A DNA stretch of 39,164 nt from Victivallales bacterium (GCA_041662825.1 JBAZRS010000001.1:1-39164), one strand, 5' to 3'. Positions 8,825-15,525 are shown, counted from the stretch's first letter. Notes: generated by a model not told the origin, from the sequence alone. Numbers and translations are program-made.

Positions 8825-9001
8825 ATGTTAAACTGGAAAACAACCCTATTCGGGTTTTTGGCTGCGTTGCCGCAGCTCATCAATTTTATCACTCCGGCAA
8901 TTCCTGAGCCGTGGGGCGGATTGGCCTCAAGCATTGCGATCATTATCGCGTTCTATTTCGCAAAAGACAAGGAAGTGAAAAGCGCAACGGTTGGGCAGTA
9001 A
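8825..9001 (+). CDS. 58-aa two-TM membrane protein, holin candidate
   Basis: Strong RBS AAGGAGGG. Sequence MLNWKTTLFGFLAALPQLINFITPAIPEPWGGLASSIAIIIAFYFAKDKEVKSATVGQ has two hydrophobic segments and a charged C-tail. It is under 60 aa and so absent from the ORF track. Confidence 0.55.
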   Translation: MLNWKTTLFGFLAALPQLINFITPAIPEPWGGLASSIAIIIAFYFAKDKEVKSATVGQ

Positions 9002-9020
9002 ATAGCCAAAGATAAATACG

Positions 9021-9049
9021 TTGACACGAATAACAAATCATGATAGTCT
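9021..9049 (+). promoter_or_regulatory. sigma70-like promoter candidate upstream of the HNH gene
   Basis: TTGACA (9021-9026), a 17-nt spacer ending in TGa (extended -10), then TAGTCT (9044-9049). It lies in the 71-nt gap before the ATG at 9073. Confidence 0.35.
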
Positions 9050-9072
9050 CTGTCTGTCGTTAGGAGGCTATC

Positions 9073-9756
9073 ATGAAAAAATGCTTGCTTTGCGGTGAAG
9101 AAAAGCCATTAAATCGGTATGATATGCACAAAATGGGTAAACTTGGTCGGAACCCTCATTGTAAGGATTGCCGGAAAAAGGCTGCCCACGATAGGTATTT
9201 AATCAACCGAGAGGCAATCCTCCGGCAATCAAGGGATTATTATTTCGCAAACCGAGATACTTGCAACAGGCGACACTTGGATTATTACAAAGACAACAAA
9301 GAACGACTGTTGCGATTAAGTATGGATAAATATTACGCGAACTGGGAATCTGAGCGCAAGCGGAGAGATGAATCGACTCGGAGAAATTGGGACAATGTTC
9401 TAAAATATCAACGAGAGTGGAAAGCAGAAAGACGAGCCACGGATTATTCATACAGGGTTCATCAAAATATCTCACGCCGGCTGAGGGACAGCATTAAAAA
9501 GGGGGCAAAAAGACGGGTGACGTGGGAAAAGATGCTTGGATATTCAACAGAGAACTTAATGAAGCATCTTGAGTCTCGATTTACACATGGCATGTCTTGG
9601 GAGAATTATGGGGAGTGGCACATCGACCACAAAATCCCCATAGTCCATTTCAAATTATGCGGCGCTAACGATGAGGAGATGATTTCAAAGTGCTGGTGCC
9701 TCAATAATCTCCAGCCATTGTGGGCAAGGGATAATTTAATAAAGGGGGACCGGTAA
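9073..9756 (+). CDS. HNH endonuclease
   Basis: N-terminal CLLCG....CKDC zinc-ribbon-like motif. The C-terminal WHIDHKIPIVHF......NLQPLWARDNLIKG is an HNH signature. GGAGG RBS. AT-rich relative to neighbours. Confidence 0.75.
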   Translation: MKKCLLCGEEKPLNRYDMHKMGKLGRNPHCKDCRKKAAHDRYLINREAILRQSRDYYFANRDTCNRRHLDYYKDNKERLLRLSMDKYYANWESERKRRDESTRRNWDNVLKYQREWKAERRATDYSYRVHQNISRRLRDSIKKGAKRRVTWEKMLGYSTENLMKHLESRFTHGMSWENYGEWHIDHKIPIVHFKLCGANDEEMISKCWCLNNLQPLWARDNLIKGDR

Positions 9757-9760
9757 AGCA

Positions 9761-9922
9761 ATGAACCCAATTATGATGAAAATCCTGCTGGCCCTGGTGA
9801 TCGAATTATTGAAGCTGCTTAAAAGATATTATGACAACATGACCCCAGGGCAGCGGGAGGCATGGCAAAAAGCCATCAAAGACGTTCAAGACCCAATGGC
9901 CGGGAACCTGGAAGGGCCGTGA
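9761..9922 (+). CDS. 53-aa small protein with N-terminal hydrophobic helix
   Basis: Short ORF found by hand: MNPIMMKILLALVIELLKLLKRYYDNMTPGQREAWQKAIKDVQDPMAGNLEGP. The RBS is weak. Confidence 0.35.
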   Translation: MNPIMMKILLALVIELLKLLKRYYDNMTPGQREAWQKAIKDVQDPMAGNLEGP

Positions 9923-9934
9923 AGGAAGGGAACT

Positions 9935-10111
9935 ATGCTGAAAGACATCATCGAATCTTGCGGGAACGATAAGAACCTTGTTATTCTTGCCCTTGTCGCC
10001 GTGGCGATTTATTCACTTTATACCATGGGGCAATCAGCCGAAAATATCATTACGGCGGTCGTTTCCGGACTCTGCGGAATTGCAACCGGCAGGGCGACGG
10101 CGAAGCCATAG
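9935..10111 (+). CDS. 58-aa small membrane protein
   Basis: AGGAAGG RBS. Sequence MLKDIIESCGNDKNLVILALVAVAIYSLYTMGQSAENIITAVVSGLCGIATGRATAKP has two hydrophobic segments. Confidence 0.45.
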   Translation: MLKDIIESCGNDKNLVILALVAVAIYSLYTMGQSAENIITAVVSGLCGIATGRATAKP

Positions 10112-10115
10112 GATG

Positions 10116-10220
10116 TCAGCGCAGGATTCCGATTTTAATATCTTCTGCGAATATCCAGAAAAATACAACAACCAGCGCGAAAAGAAAGAAGAAAATAGCA
10201 ATGGAATGATACTCTTTCAT
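10116..10220 (-). CDS. 34-aa hydrophobic peptide, convergent with the preceding ORFs
   Basis: Minus-strand sequence MKEYHSIAIFFFLFALVVVFFWIFAEDIKIGILR, with GAGGGG upstream of the ATG. It is very short, so speculative. Confidence 0.3.
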   Translation of the reverse strand: MKEYHSIAIFFFLFALVVVFFWIFAEDIKIGILR

Positions 10221-10314
10221 CGGCAAATACCCCTCACGATCTCCCCTTGCCCACCCACTGCAAGTTAAACGGAATAGAACATCTTGAAATCTTAGCGGAA
10301 TTGCCCGAAGCTCA

Positions 10315-10355
10315 TGATTACGAATCAGTTGCTCTACCGGCTGAGCTACATCGGC
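10315..10355 (-). other. 5' fragment (positions 1-41) of a tRNA-Thr(CGU)-like sequence; putative attP core
   Basis: The minus strand reads GCCGATG TA GCTC AGCCGGTA GAGC A ACTGA TTCGTAA TCA. This gives an acceptor 5' strand, a complete D arm, the anticodon stem 5' strand and a loop with CGT at positions 34-36. Downstream there is no matching anticodon-stem 3' strand, T arm or CATCGGC acceptor strand. Confidence 0.7.
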
Positions 10356-11428
10356 TTGTTAATAATTCCGCCACCTTGAACCACTTTGATTTTTGGTTTT
10401 TGCTCACTACGGTCACTACGGCTAACCAAATTTAATCCATTTACCGCCCTTCGCATGGTGTTCATCGAGACCGCCGCGTAAATCTGCGTTGTCGAAATAG
10501 ATTTATGCCCCAGAAGTTTCTGAATGATCCTGATATCCGCCCCGGATTCAAGTAAATGTGTTGCAAAACTGTGTCTTATCATGTGGGGAGTGATCCTTTT
10601 GTCTATTCCGGCCCGGGACATGGCTGTCAATAAGGGTTTCCTCACATCCGTCAGCGGCTTCCCTGTCTTTCTTGACGGGAACAGCCATTTACCATCCTGA
10701 TTGATTCCGGTCAAGATTCTTTTCAAATCCTTTACTATGGGCACAAGTCTTTCCTTTGAACCCTTCCCCTTCACTTTCAGGCAGGATTGATCCTGGGCCA
10801 AATCTGACGGCCTGAGGTGAGTAACTTCATCCCTCCTGAGGCCGCAATAATACATTGTGGCATAGAGCGCCCTTGAAACGCCGGTCATATTATTTAAGAT
10901 AATTGCAATCTCGTCTCGAGACAGCACCGAGGGGAGGGCTTTCCGATACGGCAACGGCTCCCATTTCTCAGGCGGGGAGCAAAAACTCTGCTTCGCGCCC
11001 CATTTTATCATGTGTGTGAGGCACAGGATTTCAAGGTTTACGGCCCGGCTGCATGTCGGCCTTTCGGTCGTGTCCATCCTTTTCTTTTTATACGCGGTTA
11101 TCAGGCTGTTTGAAATCGCATCCGGCTGCATGTTGCCAAAAAACAAGAGAAGATGATTATTCAGCATCATCTTTTTATTTTTCAGGGTCGTCGGACTCTG
11201 CTGCATTTCTACCCATAATAAATAGTCCGTGGCGATTTCATCACAGGTTTTTGACTGAGACTGGACAGGCTTGCGGTAGGTTTTCCGAAGGCTGCGCTCT
11301 TGAGCAAGCGCCTCCTGCCGGGAACCGCAATAGGTGATCTGGTGCCGTCCGCTTTTCCGGCCGGTTTCATAGAAATCAATAATATGCTTTTTCGCATTTA
11401 CAGAACGGACAGACATTAAACACCACAA
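10346..11428 (-). CDS. int: tyrosine recombinase / phage integrase
   Basis: The C-terminal catalytic region has ...GLRRDEV..L..., HMIRHSFATHLLESGADIRIIQKLLGHKSISTTQIYAAV (the R..HxxR..Y pattern) and an N-terminal SAM-like domain. The start may be 11416 rather than 11428. The TAG stop lies inside the tRNA fragment. Confidence 0.95.
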   Translation of the reverse strand: MWCLMSVRSVNAKKHIIDFYETGRKSGRHQITYCGSRQEALAQERSLRKTYRKPVQSQSKTCDEIATDYLLWVEMQQSPTTLKNKKMMLNNHLLLFFGNMQPDAISNSLITAYKKKRMDTTERPTCSRAVNLEILCLTHMIKWGAKQSFCSPPEKWEPLPYRKALPSVLSRDEIAIILNNMTGVSRALYATMYYCGLRRDEVTHLRPSDLAQDQSCLKVKGKGSKERLVPIVKDLKRILTGINQDGKWLFPSRKTGKPLTDVRKPLLTAMSRAGIDKRITPHMIRHSFATHLLESGADIRIIQKLLGHKSISTTQIYAAVSMNTMRRAVNGLNLVSRSDRSEQKPKIKVVQGGGIINKPM

Positions 11429-11540
11429 ATAATTGAGACCGCTTCCACAACGTCAGGATGCGCGCATATTGCAGTTACGATTGATCGGCGGAAATAGACT
11501 ACTTTGCCGCCTTGTTTTGTGCGACGAGGGCTGGCGGCAC

Positions 11541-11891
11541 TTACGCCCCGCCGCTTTTTCTTCGCTCGACCGCCCCACCCGTCAAACGGGCGATTTTTTC
11601 CTTTGCTTCTGCAAGTTCTCTTTCACAAGCAACCAGGTTTTTCGTCAACAATTCGATGTGAGCAAGCGCGATCTTCATTCGTGGGTCGTCACCTCCTTTA
11701 TTTGTAATTTTATAATCAATTATGGGCTCGCCAAAATAACGAGAAAATTTATTGAGGGTACTATTTTTTATTTCAATATCTCCAAGCAAAACATTTTGAA
11801 CGGTTCCTAATGACACGCCAACACGCCGCGCAAGCTCACGACGGGACACGCCTTTTTCAATTTCTTTCTCAACCAATGTCCGGATATTCAT
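11541..11891 (-). CDS. cI-like repressor (XRE-type HTH with C-terminal coiled coil)
   Basis: The HTH is SRRELARRVGVSLGTVQNVLLG. It is divergent from a Cro-like gene and lies upstream of int on the same strand. Confidence 0.8.
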   Translation of the reverse strand: MNIRTLVEKEIEKGVSRRELARRVGVSLGTVQNVLLGDIEIKNSTLNKFSRYFGEPIIDYKITNKGGDDPRMKIALAHIELLTKNLVACERELAEAKEKIARLTGGAVERRKSGGA

Positions 11892-11897
11892 TTTTAT

Positions 11898-11925
11898 ATA
11901 TTACCCCGTAAATAGTTCTTGACAA
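11898..11925 (-). promoter_or_regulatory. PRM-like promoter candidate giving a leaderless repressor mRNA
   Basis: The minus strand reads TTGTCA (11925-11920), a 16-nt spacer, then TAATAT (11903-11898), followed by 6 nt and the ATG at 11891. There is no Shine-Dalgarno sequence. Confidence 0.35.
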
Positions 11926-11947
11926 GTGCATATTATTATGGTAGACG
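11919..11947 (+). promoter_or_regulatory. PR-like promoter candidate for the Cro-like operon
   Basis: TTGACA (11919-11924), a 17-nt spacer ending in TGg, then TAGACG (11942-11947). This is the same architecture as the promoter candidate at 9021. Confidence 0.4.
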
Positions 11948-11974
11948 ATAGTCAACCTAATGAGAGGATCGCAA

Positions 11975-12211
11975 ATGCAAAGACGTTTTAATCCAGAATC
12001 AATCAAAATTATCAGGGAAGCGCGTAACCTGAGCCGTGAGGAATTTGCGGCAATGTTAGGCGGCGACACATCCCGACAACTTATCCACGCATGGGAAACA
12101 GGAAAATATAAACCCTCCGTTGAATCATTGGCATCAATCGTAAACGCCCTAAGCCTAAAATCTGTGGACATTTTTTTTACCAACAGTGACCATCAAGATA
12201 GTAGACATTAG
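11975..12211 (+). CDS. Cro-like XRE-family HTH regulator
   Basis: The HTH is LSREEFAAMLGGDTSRQLIHAWETGKYKPSVESLASIVNAL. GAGAGGA lies 6 nt before the ATG at 11975; the ATG at 11960 in the ORF track has no RBS. Confidence 0.75.
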   Translation: MQRRFNPESIKIIREARNLSREEFAAMLGGDTSRQLIHAWETGKYKPSVESLASIVNALSLKSVDIFFTNSDHQDSRH

Positions 12212-12220
12212 GAGGCCACC

Positions 12221-12427
12221 GTGCCAAAAGAACCTACTGAAAATATCAGCGTCACCATGCCAATCAACCTTCTGCAAATCCTGGATCATTTCTGCTGTGA
12301 GTGCGACCTTAACCGCTCCCAGGCCATTGCAAGGGCGGTCAGGCTTTATGTCGGAACCAAAATAGCCAAGACTCCCGCCTTTTGGGATCGTGAATACCAC
12401 AGGCTTCAAGAAGAAGGCAAAATATAA
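12221..12427 (+). CDS. ribbon-helix-helix (CopG/Arc-like) DNA-binding protein
   Basis: GTG start 5 nt after AGGAGG. The pattern ISVTMPINLLQILDHFCCECDLNRSQAIARAVRLYV fits a beta-strand, helix, helix RHH fold. Confidence 0.6.
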   Translation: MPKEPTENISVTMPINLLQILDHFCCECDLNRSQAIARAVRLYVGTKIAKTPAFWDREYHRLQEEGKI

Positions 12428-12451
12428 CTCAGGTAAAAAATTATAAAAATT

Positions 12452-12622
12452 ATGAACCTCGAATCTGAGATCACAGAAATCAAGGAAAAGCTGGACACGG
12501 TTCTTCACCTTCTCGGCCACGGACGGGAGAAATCGGACGCACAGATACGGCGTGAGACGGTTGATATAGTGGAAAAAATCAAGCTCAGAGACGAACGAAG
12601 GGGGCGGAAAAATGCGACTTAA
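12452..12622 (+). CDS. 56-aa helical charged protein
   Basis: Hand-found ORF: MNLESEITEIKEKLDTVLHLLGHGREKSDAQIRRETVDIVEKIKLRDERRGRKNAT. No clear RBS. Confidence 0.35.
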   Translation: MNLESEITEIKEKLDTVLHLLGHGREKSDAQIRRETVDIVEKIKLRDERRGRKNAT

Positions 12623-12758
12623 AAGATACGTCAACCACTATTTCGTGCGGGATGTGGAGCGGGGCTTTGAATGGATCACGCCGTTTGTCAAGGTCGTGAT
12701 CTGGATCGGCGGATTCTATGCGGCCTATGTTGTCTATTTGGTTTTCTTGAAGGGATAG
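12612..12758 (+). CDS. 48-aa protein with C-terminal TM helix
   Basis: Hand-found ORF overlapping the previous one by 11 nt, with GGGGGCGGA upstream. Sequence: MRLKRYVNHYFVRDVERGFEWITPFVKVVIWIGGFYAAYVVYLVFLKG. Confidence 0.35.
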   Translation: MRLKRYVNHYFVRDVERGFEWITPFVKVVIWIGGFYAAYVVYLVFLKG

Positions 12759-12761
12759 GCC

Positions 12762-13001
12762 ATGACAAAACGTGAACTTGATTTTCTGGAAAAATGCTTT
12801 GCACGCCAGCTTGAAGGATACCTTTTTCAATCAAAAAGCAAACTGGCAGACAAACTCGAAGCGGAAGGATTTATTTGCAAGGAATCAAAATATTTTGGCC
12901 GGGATCGTTTCGGCGCAATCGTTTGCCATGGCTACGCCCTGACCTACAAAGGAAATTTTGCATATTGCAATAGTGAAAGATGCCATGAACCCCTACCTTA
13001 A
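12762..13001 (+). CDS. hypothetical early protein (79 aa)
   Basis: ORF in the co-oriented early operon, starting 3 nt after the previous stop. No motif recognised. Confidence 0.5.
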   Translation: MTKRELDFLEKCFARQLEGYLFQSKSKLADKLEAEGFICKESKYFGRDRFGAIVCHGYALTYKGNFAYCNSERCHEPLP

Positions 13002-13383
13002 ATCATCCCTGCGCTGGCTGTCTCTCGCCGCAATCGTGACGGTGCTGTGGCTACTTTACGGGTGCGCCTCAGTGGTAGCGCCCCGCCCATATCATGTCAC
13101 GGCGAAAGTTACGACAGAGGTTCATATTGTAACCGACAGGGCGGGCTTTTCAATTCCTGAATACAGGGATTCCAATCCAAGAAATCAGAGTCGCAACATT
13201 GCCGGTTACGCCGACATGAGGGAAGGCGTCTGTCATATCTATGTTTTGGGGTACGAATACAAGGGGCGCATTTATCCGATGACAGCGGAAATCTTAGGCC
13301 ATGAATTTCAGCACTGCCTGAATATGGTCAACCCCGCCGTGCTTGATCCAGACACAGATTACAAATGGTGGATGGGAAGGTAA
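12985..13383 (+). CDS. small lipoprotein with HExxH zincin motif
   Basis: Sequence MNPYLKSSLRWLSLAAIVTVLWLLYG|C has a lipobox-like LYGC. ILGHEFQHCLN lies near the C-terminus. The internal Met at 12985 was chosen because the signal sequence begins there. Confidence 0.5.
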   Translation: MNPYLKSSLRWLSLAAIVTVLWLLYGCASVVAPRPYHVTAKVTTEVHIVTDRAGFSIPEYRDSNPRNQSRNIAGYADMREGVCHIYVLGYEYKGRIYPMTAEILGHEFQHCLNMVNPAVLDPDTDYKWWMGR

Positions 13384-13424
13384 GCACGGAGTGGAAGAAT
13401 TACTAAAATAGAAAGGGGAATGAA

Positions 13425-13667
13425 ATGAGAATCGTAATAGCCGGAAATTTTGAGGACTACACGCCAGTTTGTCGAATTTCCCCAGAGAGGGTCGCCCTCA
13501 AGGGGGAATTTATAGAAAAACTCCAGGCGCTCCGCGAGCGCGAACCCATACGCGCAGCGGGGGAGATAACGATAAATATTCCCGGCGAGAGGGGTTACCG
13601 GGTTCTCGCGCCCCTGAAGGATAATGTTTTCACGCTTGGACCCCATATCTTTCGCCGTAGACAGTAA
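13425..13667 (+). CDS. hypothetical early protein (80 aa)
   Basis: AAAGGGGA RBS. Preferred over the antisense ORF 13359-13751, which has an implausible composition and the opposite orientation to the operon. Confidence 0.45.
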   Translation: MRIVIAGNFEDYTPVCRISPERVALKGEFIEKLQALREREPIRAAGEITINIPGERGYRVLAPLKDNVFTLGPHIFRRRQ

Positions 13668-13719
13668 TTGAAACTCTATGACAGCCGGGTACACGATCCG
13701 GACAGGTAGGGGAGGGGGA

Positions 13720-13899
13720 ATGAAAACAGAAAAGCAGTTAGATGATTTCATTGATTTTATGCGGGCATCAATGACCTCATATTATTGCAAGTGGTGCAAG
13801 AGGTCTCTGCCAAATGAGCGTGGCGTTTTCATCCACGACGATGTTTTTCATCCCGAAGATTATGCGCCGGAAAGCGGCGGCGAACACAGGTTACAATAA
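13720..13899 (+). CDS. small zinc-finger-like protein
   Basis: GGGAGGGGGA RBS before the ATG at 13720. YYCKWCKRSLPNERGVFIHDDVFH has a CxxC...HxxxxH arrangement. Confidence 0.5.
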   Translation: MKTEKQLDDFIDFMRASMTSYYCKWCKRSLPNERGVFIHDDVFHPEDYAPESGGEHRLQ

Positions 13900-13912
13900 C
13901 AGGAGGGCAAGC

Positions 13913-14134
13913 ATGAAAAAAAATGATGAGGTCGTTAAAATTGACAGGGGCGTGCCCATTCCGCCGCGAAGGCAAGAAAAATATCCAATACGCGAAATGG
14001 TTGGGGGTGATTCCATTCTCGTAAAAGAAACAAGAGAAAAGGTGTCTGGAATGCTCTCATATTGGAGGGCAAAGGGCAGAAAGTTTGCCACCCGATCAAT
14101 GGAGGGTGGGGTTCGAATATGGAGAATCCTATAA
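13913..14134 (+). CDS. hypothetical conserved-looking small phage protein (73 aa)
   Basis: AGGAGGG RBS. The motif GVPIP......KYPIREMVGGDSILV........GRKF..R....GVRIWR resembles a recurrent phage small-protein pattern of unknown function. Confidence 0.55.
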   Translation: MKKNDEVVKIDRGVPIPPRRQEKYPIREMVGGDSILVKETREKVSGMLSYWRAKGRKFATRSMEGGVRIWRIL

Positions 14135-14151
14135 CGTAAAGGAGGCCCACC

Positions 14152-14487
14152 ATGTCACGCCCACGCGATTCACGACGGAAAGAAGCCATTATCAGGGAGT
14201 ACCAGCGGCACCTTGCCATTTACGGCTACGGTAAATTTGCGGAGATCACAAAGGCCGTGGGCCTGCATAGCAACCACGGATCATACGCGGCAAGGGTAGT
14301 GCAGAAGTGGAAAGAGGAGCAGCAAGAGAGGGGCCAGCTTCGGGAGTGCCTCTGCTGTGACGACCATTTCATTTCGGCCGGTAGGCACCACAGGTTGTGC
14401 GACCGCTGCCGGGGAATCGAAGGGGAATACACAGCGCCGTTCTCCGTTTCACCAGCGATTCATTTTGCGGCACAGGGCCGCTATTAA
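14152..14487 (+). CDS. putative DNA-binding protein with C-terminal Cys cluster
   Basis: AAGGAGG RBS. It has a HTH-like segment GKFAEITKAVGLHSNHGSYAARVV and the cluster CLCCDDHF....RHHRLCDRCRG. Confidence 0.5.
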   Translation: MSRPRDSRRKEAIIREYQRHLAIYGYGKFAEITKAVGLHSNHGSYAARVVQKWKEEQQERGQLRECLCCDDHFISAGRHHRLCDRCRGIEGEYTAPFSVSPAIHFAAQGRY

Positions 14488-14503
14488 AGAAAGGGAGGTA
14501 GTT

Positions 14504-14797
14504 ATGCATAGAATCCAGATTGACCAGATTGAAGGAATTTATGATGTCCATGTAGGCTGCCAGCAGGCGTACTACATCACAGCGGAAGCGTTGTTGGCTG
14601 ACCTGAAAGCGTACCTTACTGACCCGGAAGGAACCCAAAAGAGATACTTCGCGTATCGGGATGTGACGAACAGAAAAAATGAACCGGGGCCGAGACCGGA
14701 AATTCAAGAGGACCAAGCCGAGATCAGGGTAGGCTCTGTCGGGCAGAACGAGCAGGTGTTAGCGGCGGCTATGCTAACGCCGCGCACACCACGATAA
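14504..14797 (+). CDS. hypothetical early protein (97 aa)
   Basis: AGGGAGG RBS before the ATG at 14504. The longer start in the ORF track (14357) overlaps the previous gene. Confidence 0.5.
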   Translation: MHRIQIDQIEGIYDVHVGCQQAYYITAEALLADLKAYLTDPEGTQKRYFAYRDVTNRKNEPGPRPEIQEDQAEIRVGSVGQNEQVLAAAMLTPRTPR

Positions 14798-14823
14798 TCC
14801 ATCTCAAACCTCCTCAGGTCTTA

Positions 14824-14853
14824 GGGGTTCTTCCGCCATGAGAAAAGAACCCC
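14824..14853 (+). other. 9-bp-stem hairpin in an intergenic gap
   Basis: GGGGTTCTT (14824-14832), a 12-nt loop, then AAGAACCCC (14845-14853). No T-run follows, so it is not a canonical intrinsic terminator. Confidence 0.4.
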
Positions 14854-14862
14854 ACCGAGATT

Positions 14863-15123
14863 ATGACACAGCCTGAATTGCAATTTGACGCACCTGCATA
14901 TCCCGACCTCGGTTATGAATACGGGACGCAAAAGCGGAAAATGTATGACCGCCTGCAATATGGCCCCTGCACGAATACGGACTTTGTGACGAATGATAAG
15001 TGCTGGAAATATACGAATAGAGTTTCCGAAATCCGCCATGACCTTGAAATCCACGGCTGGACCATCCGGGCGGAACGGTTACACGACGGACTTTTTATGT
15101 ATCATTTAGAACTGAGGGGGTGA
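14863..15123 (+). CDS. winged-helix-like DNA-binding protein
   Basis: The C-terminal pattern YTNRVSEIRHDLEIHGWTIRAER resembles phage wHTH proteins (xRISELR..G..I). Confidence 0.45.
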   Translation: MTQPELQFDAPAYPDLGYEYGTQKRKMYDRLQYGPCTNTDFVTNDKCWKYTNRVSEIRHDLEIHGWTIRAERLHDGLFMYHLELRG

Positions 15124-15127
15124 CGGT

Positions 15128-15523
15128 ATGAAAACAATTGAAGATTTGAAAAACGAGGAGGTTGCATATTTCAAAAAGGCTTATGCGGCCAGAAATGCGT
15201 GGGAATCAATGGAGCGTGCGGCCATTGCCCCGGACCTGAAAAAGAATTTCATCGGCCATTTTTTCAAGCAACGGAATAGCTACGGCGGGAACAGCAAGGG
15301 CTGGTGGCGGTACCACTATGTAATTGAATTTTCGAGCAAGGATTTCAATATCCCAAATCCGACATTTAAGGTTTGTTCGTTTGAAGTGAGGGAACGCGGC
15401 GACGTCAGCGTGGAACGCTCGGACTACTGCTATCGGTCATCATTGGAGCAGGAAATAACCCGCAAGGAATTTATGGCGGCTTATAGCAAGATGCTTAAAG
15501 CCATTGAGTTCAAGGAGGTTTAA
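15128..15523 (+). CDS. hypothetical early protein (131 aa)
   Basis: ORF with GAGGGGG upstream, in the operon. No motif recognised. Confidence 0.55.
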   Translation: MKTIEDLKNEEVAYFKKAYAARNAWESMERAAIAPDLKKNFIGHFFKQRNSYGGNSKGWWRYHYVIEFSSKDFNIPNPTFKVCSFEVRERGDVSVERSDYCYRSSLEQEITRKEFMAAYSKMLKAIEFKEV

Positions 15524-15525
15524 CC

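Noticed and set aside
10112-10355. A complete tRNA gene, or a tRNA interrupted by a group I intron in the anticodon loop
   Set aside because: The 250 nt downstream of the 5' half, read on the minus strand, contain no TCAGT anticodon-stem strand, no GGTTCGAATCC-type T arm and no CATCGGC acceptor 3' strand. The only GCCGATG recurrence (10226-10220) is a direct repeat, not a complementary one. It is therefore only a 5' fragment.
11460-11520. The GGCGG...CCGCC hairpin followed by TTGTTTTG between int and cI, as a terminator
   Set aside because: The T-rich tail is on the + strand, where no gene is transcribed into it. On the minus strand (cI to int) no T-run follows. The stem is only 5 bp with a 15-nt loop.
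11433-11810. 125-aa and 67-aa + strand ORFs between int and the cI/cro promoter region
   Set aside because: They are antisense to the well-supported cI-like repressor gene, and have no RBS and a low-complexity composition.
12155-12634. 159-aa minus-strand ORF across the RHH region
   Set aside because: It overlaps three better-supported + strand ORFs, has an implausible hydrophobic, Phe-rich composition, and has no promoter or RBS context.
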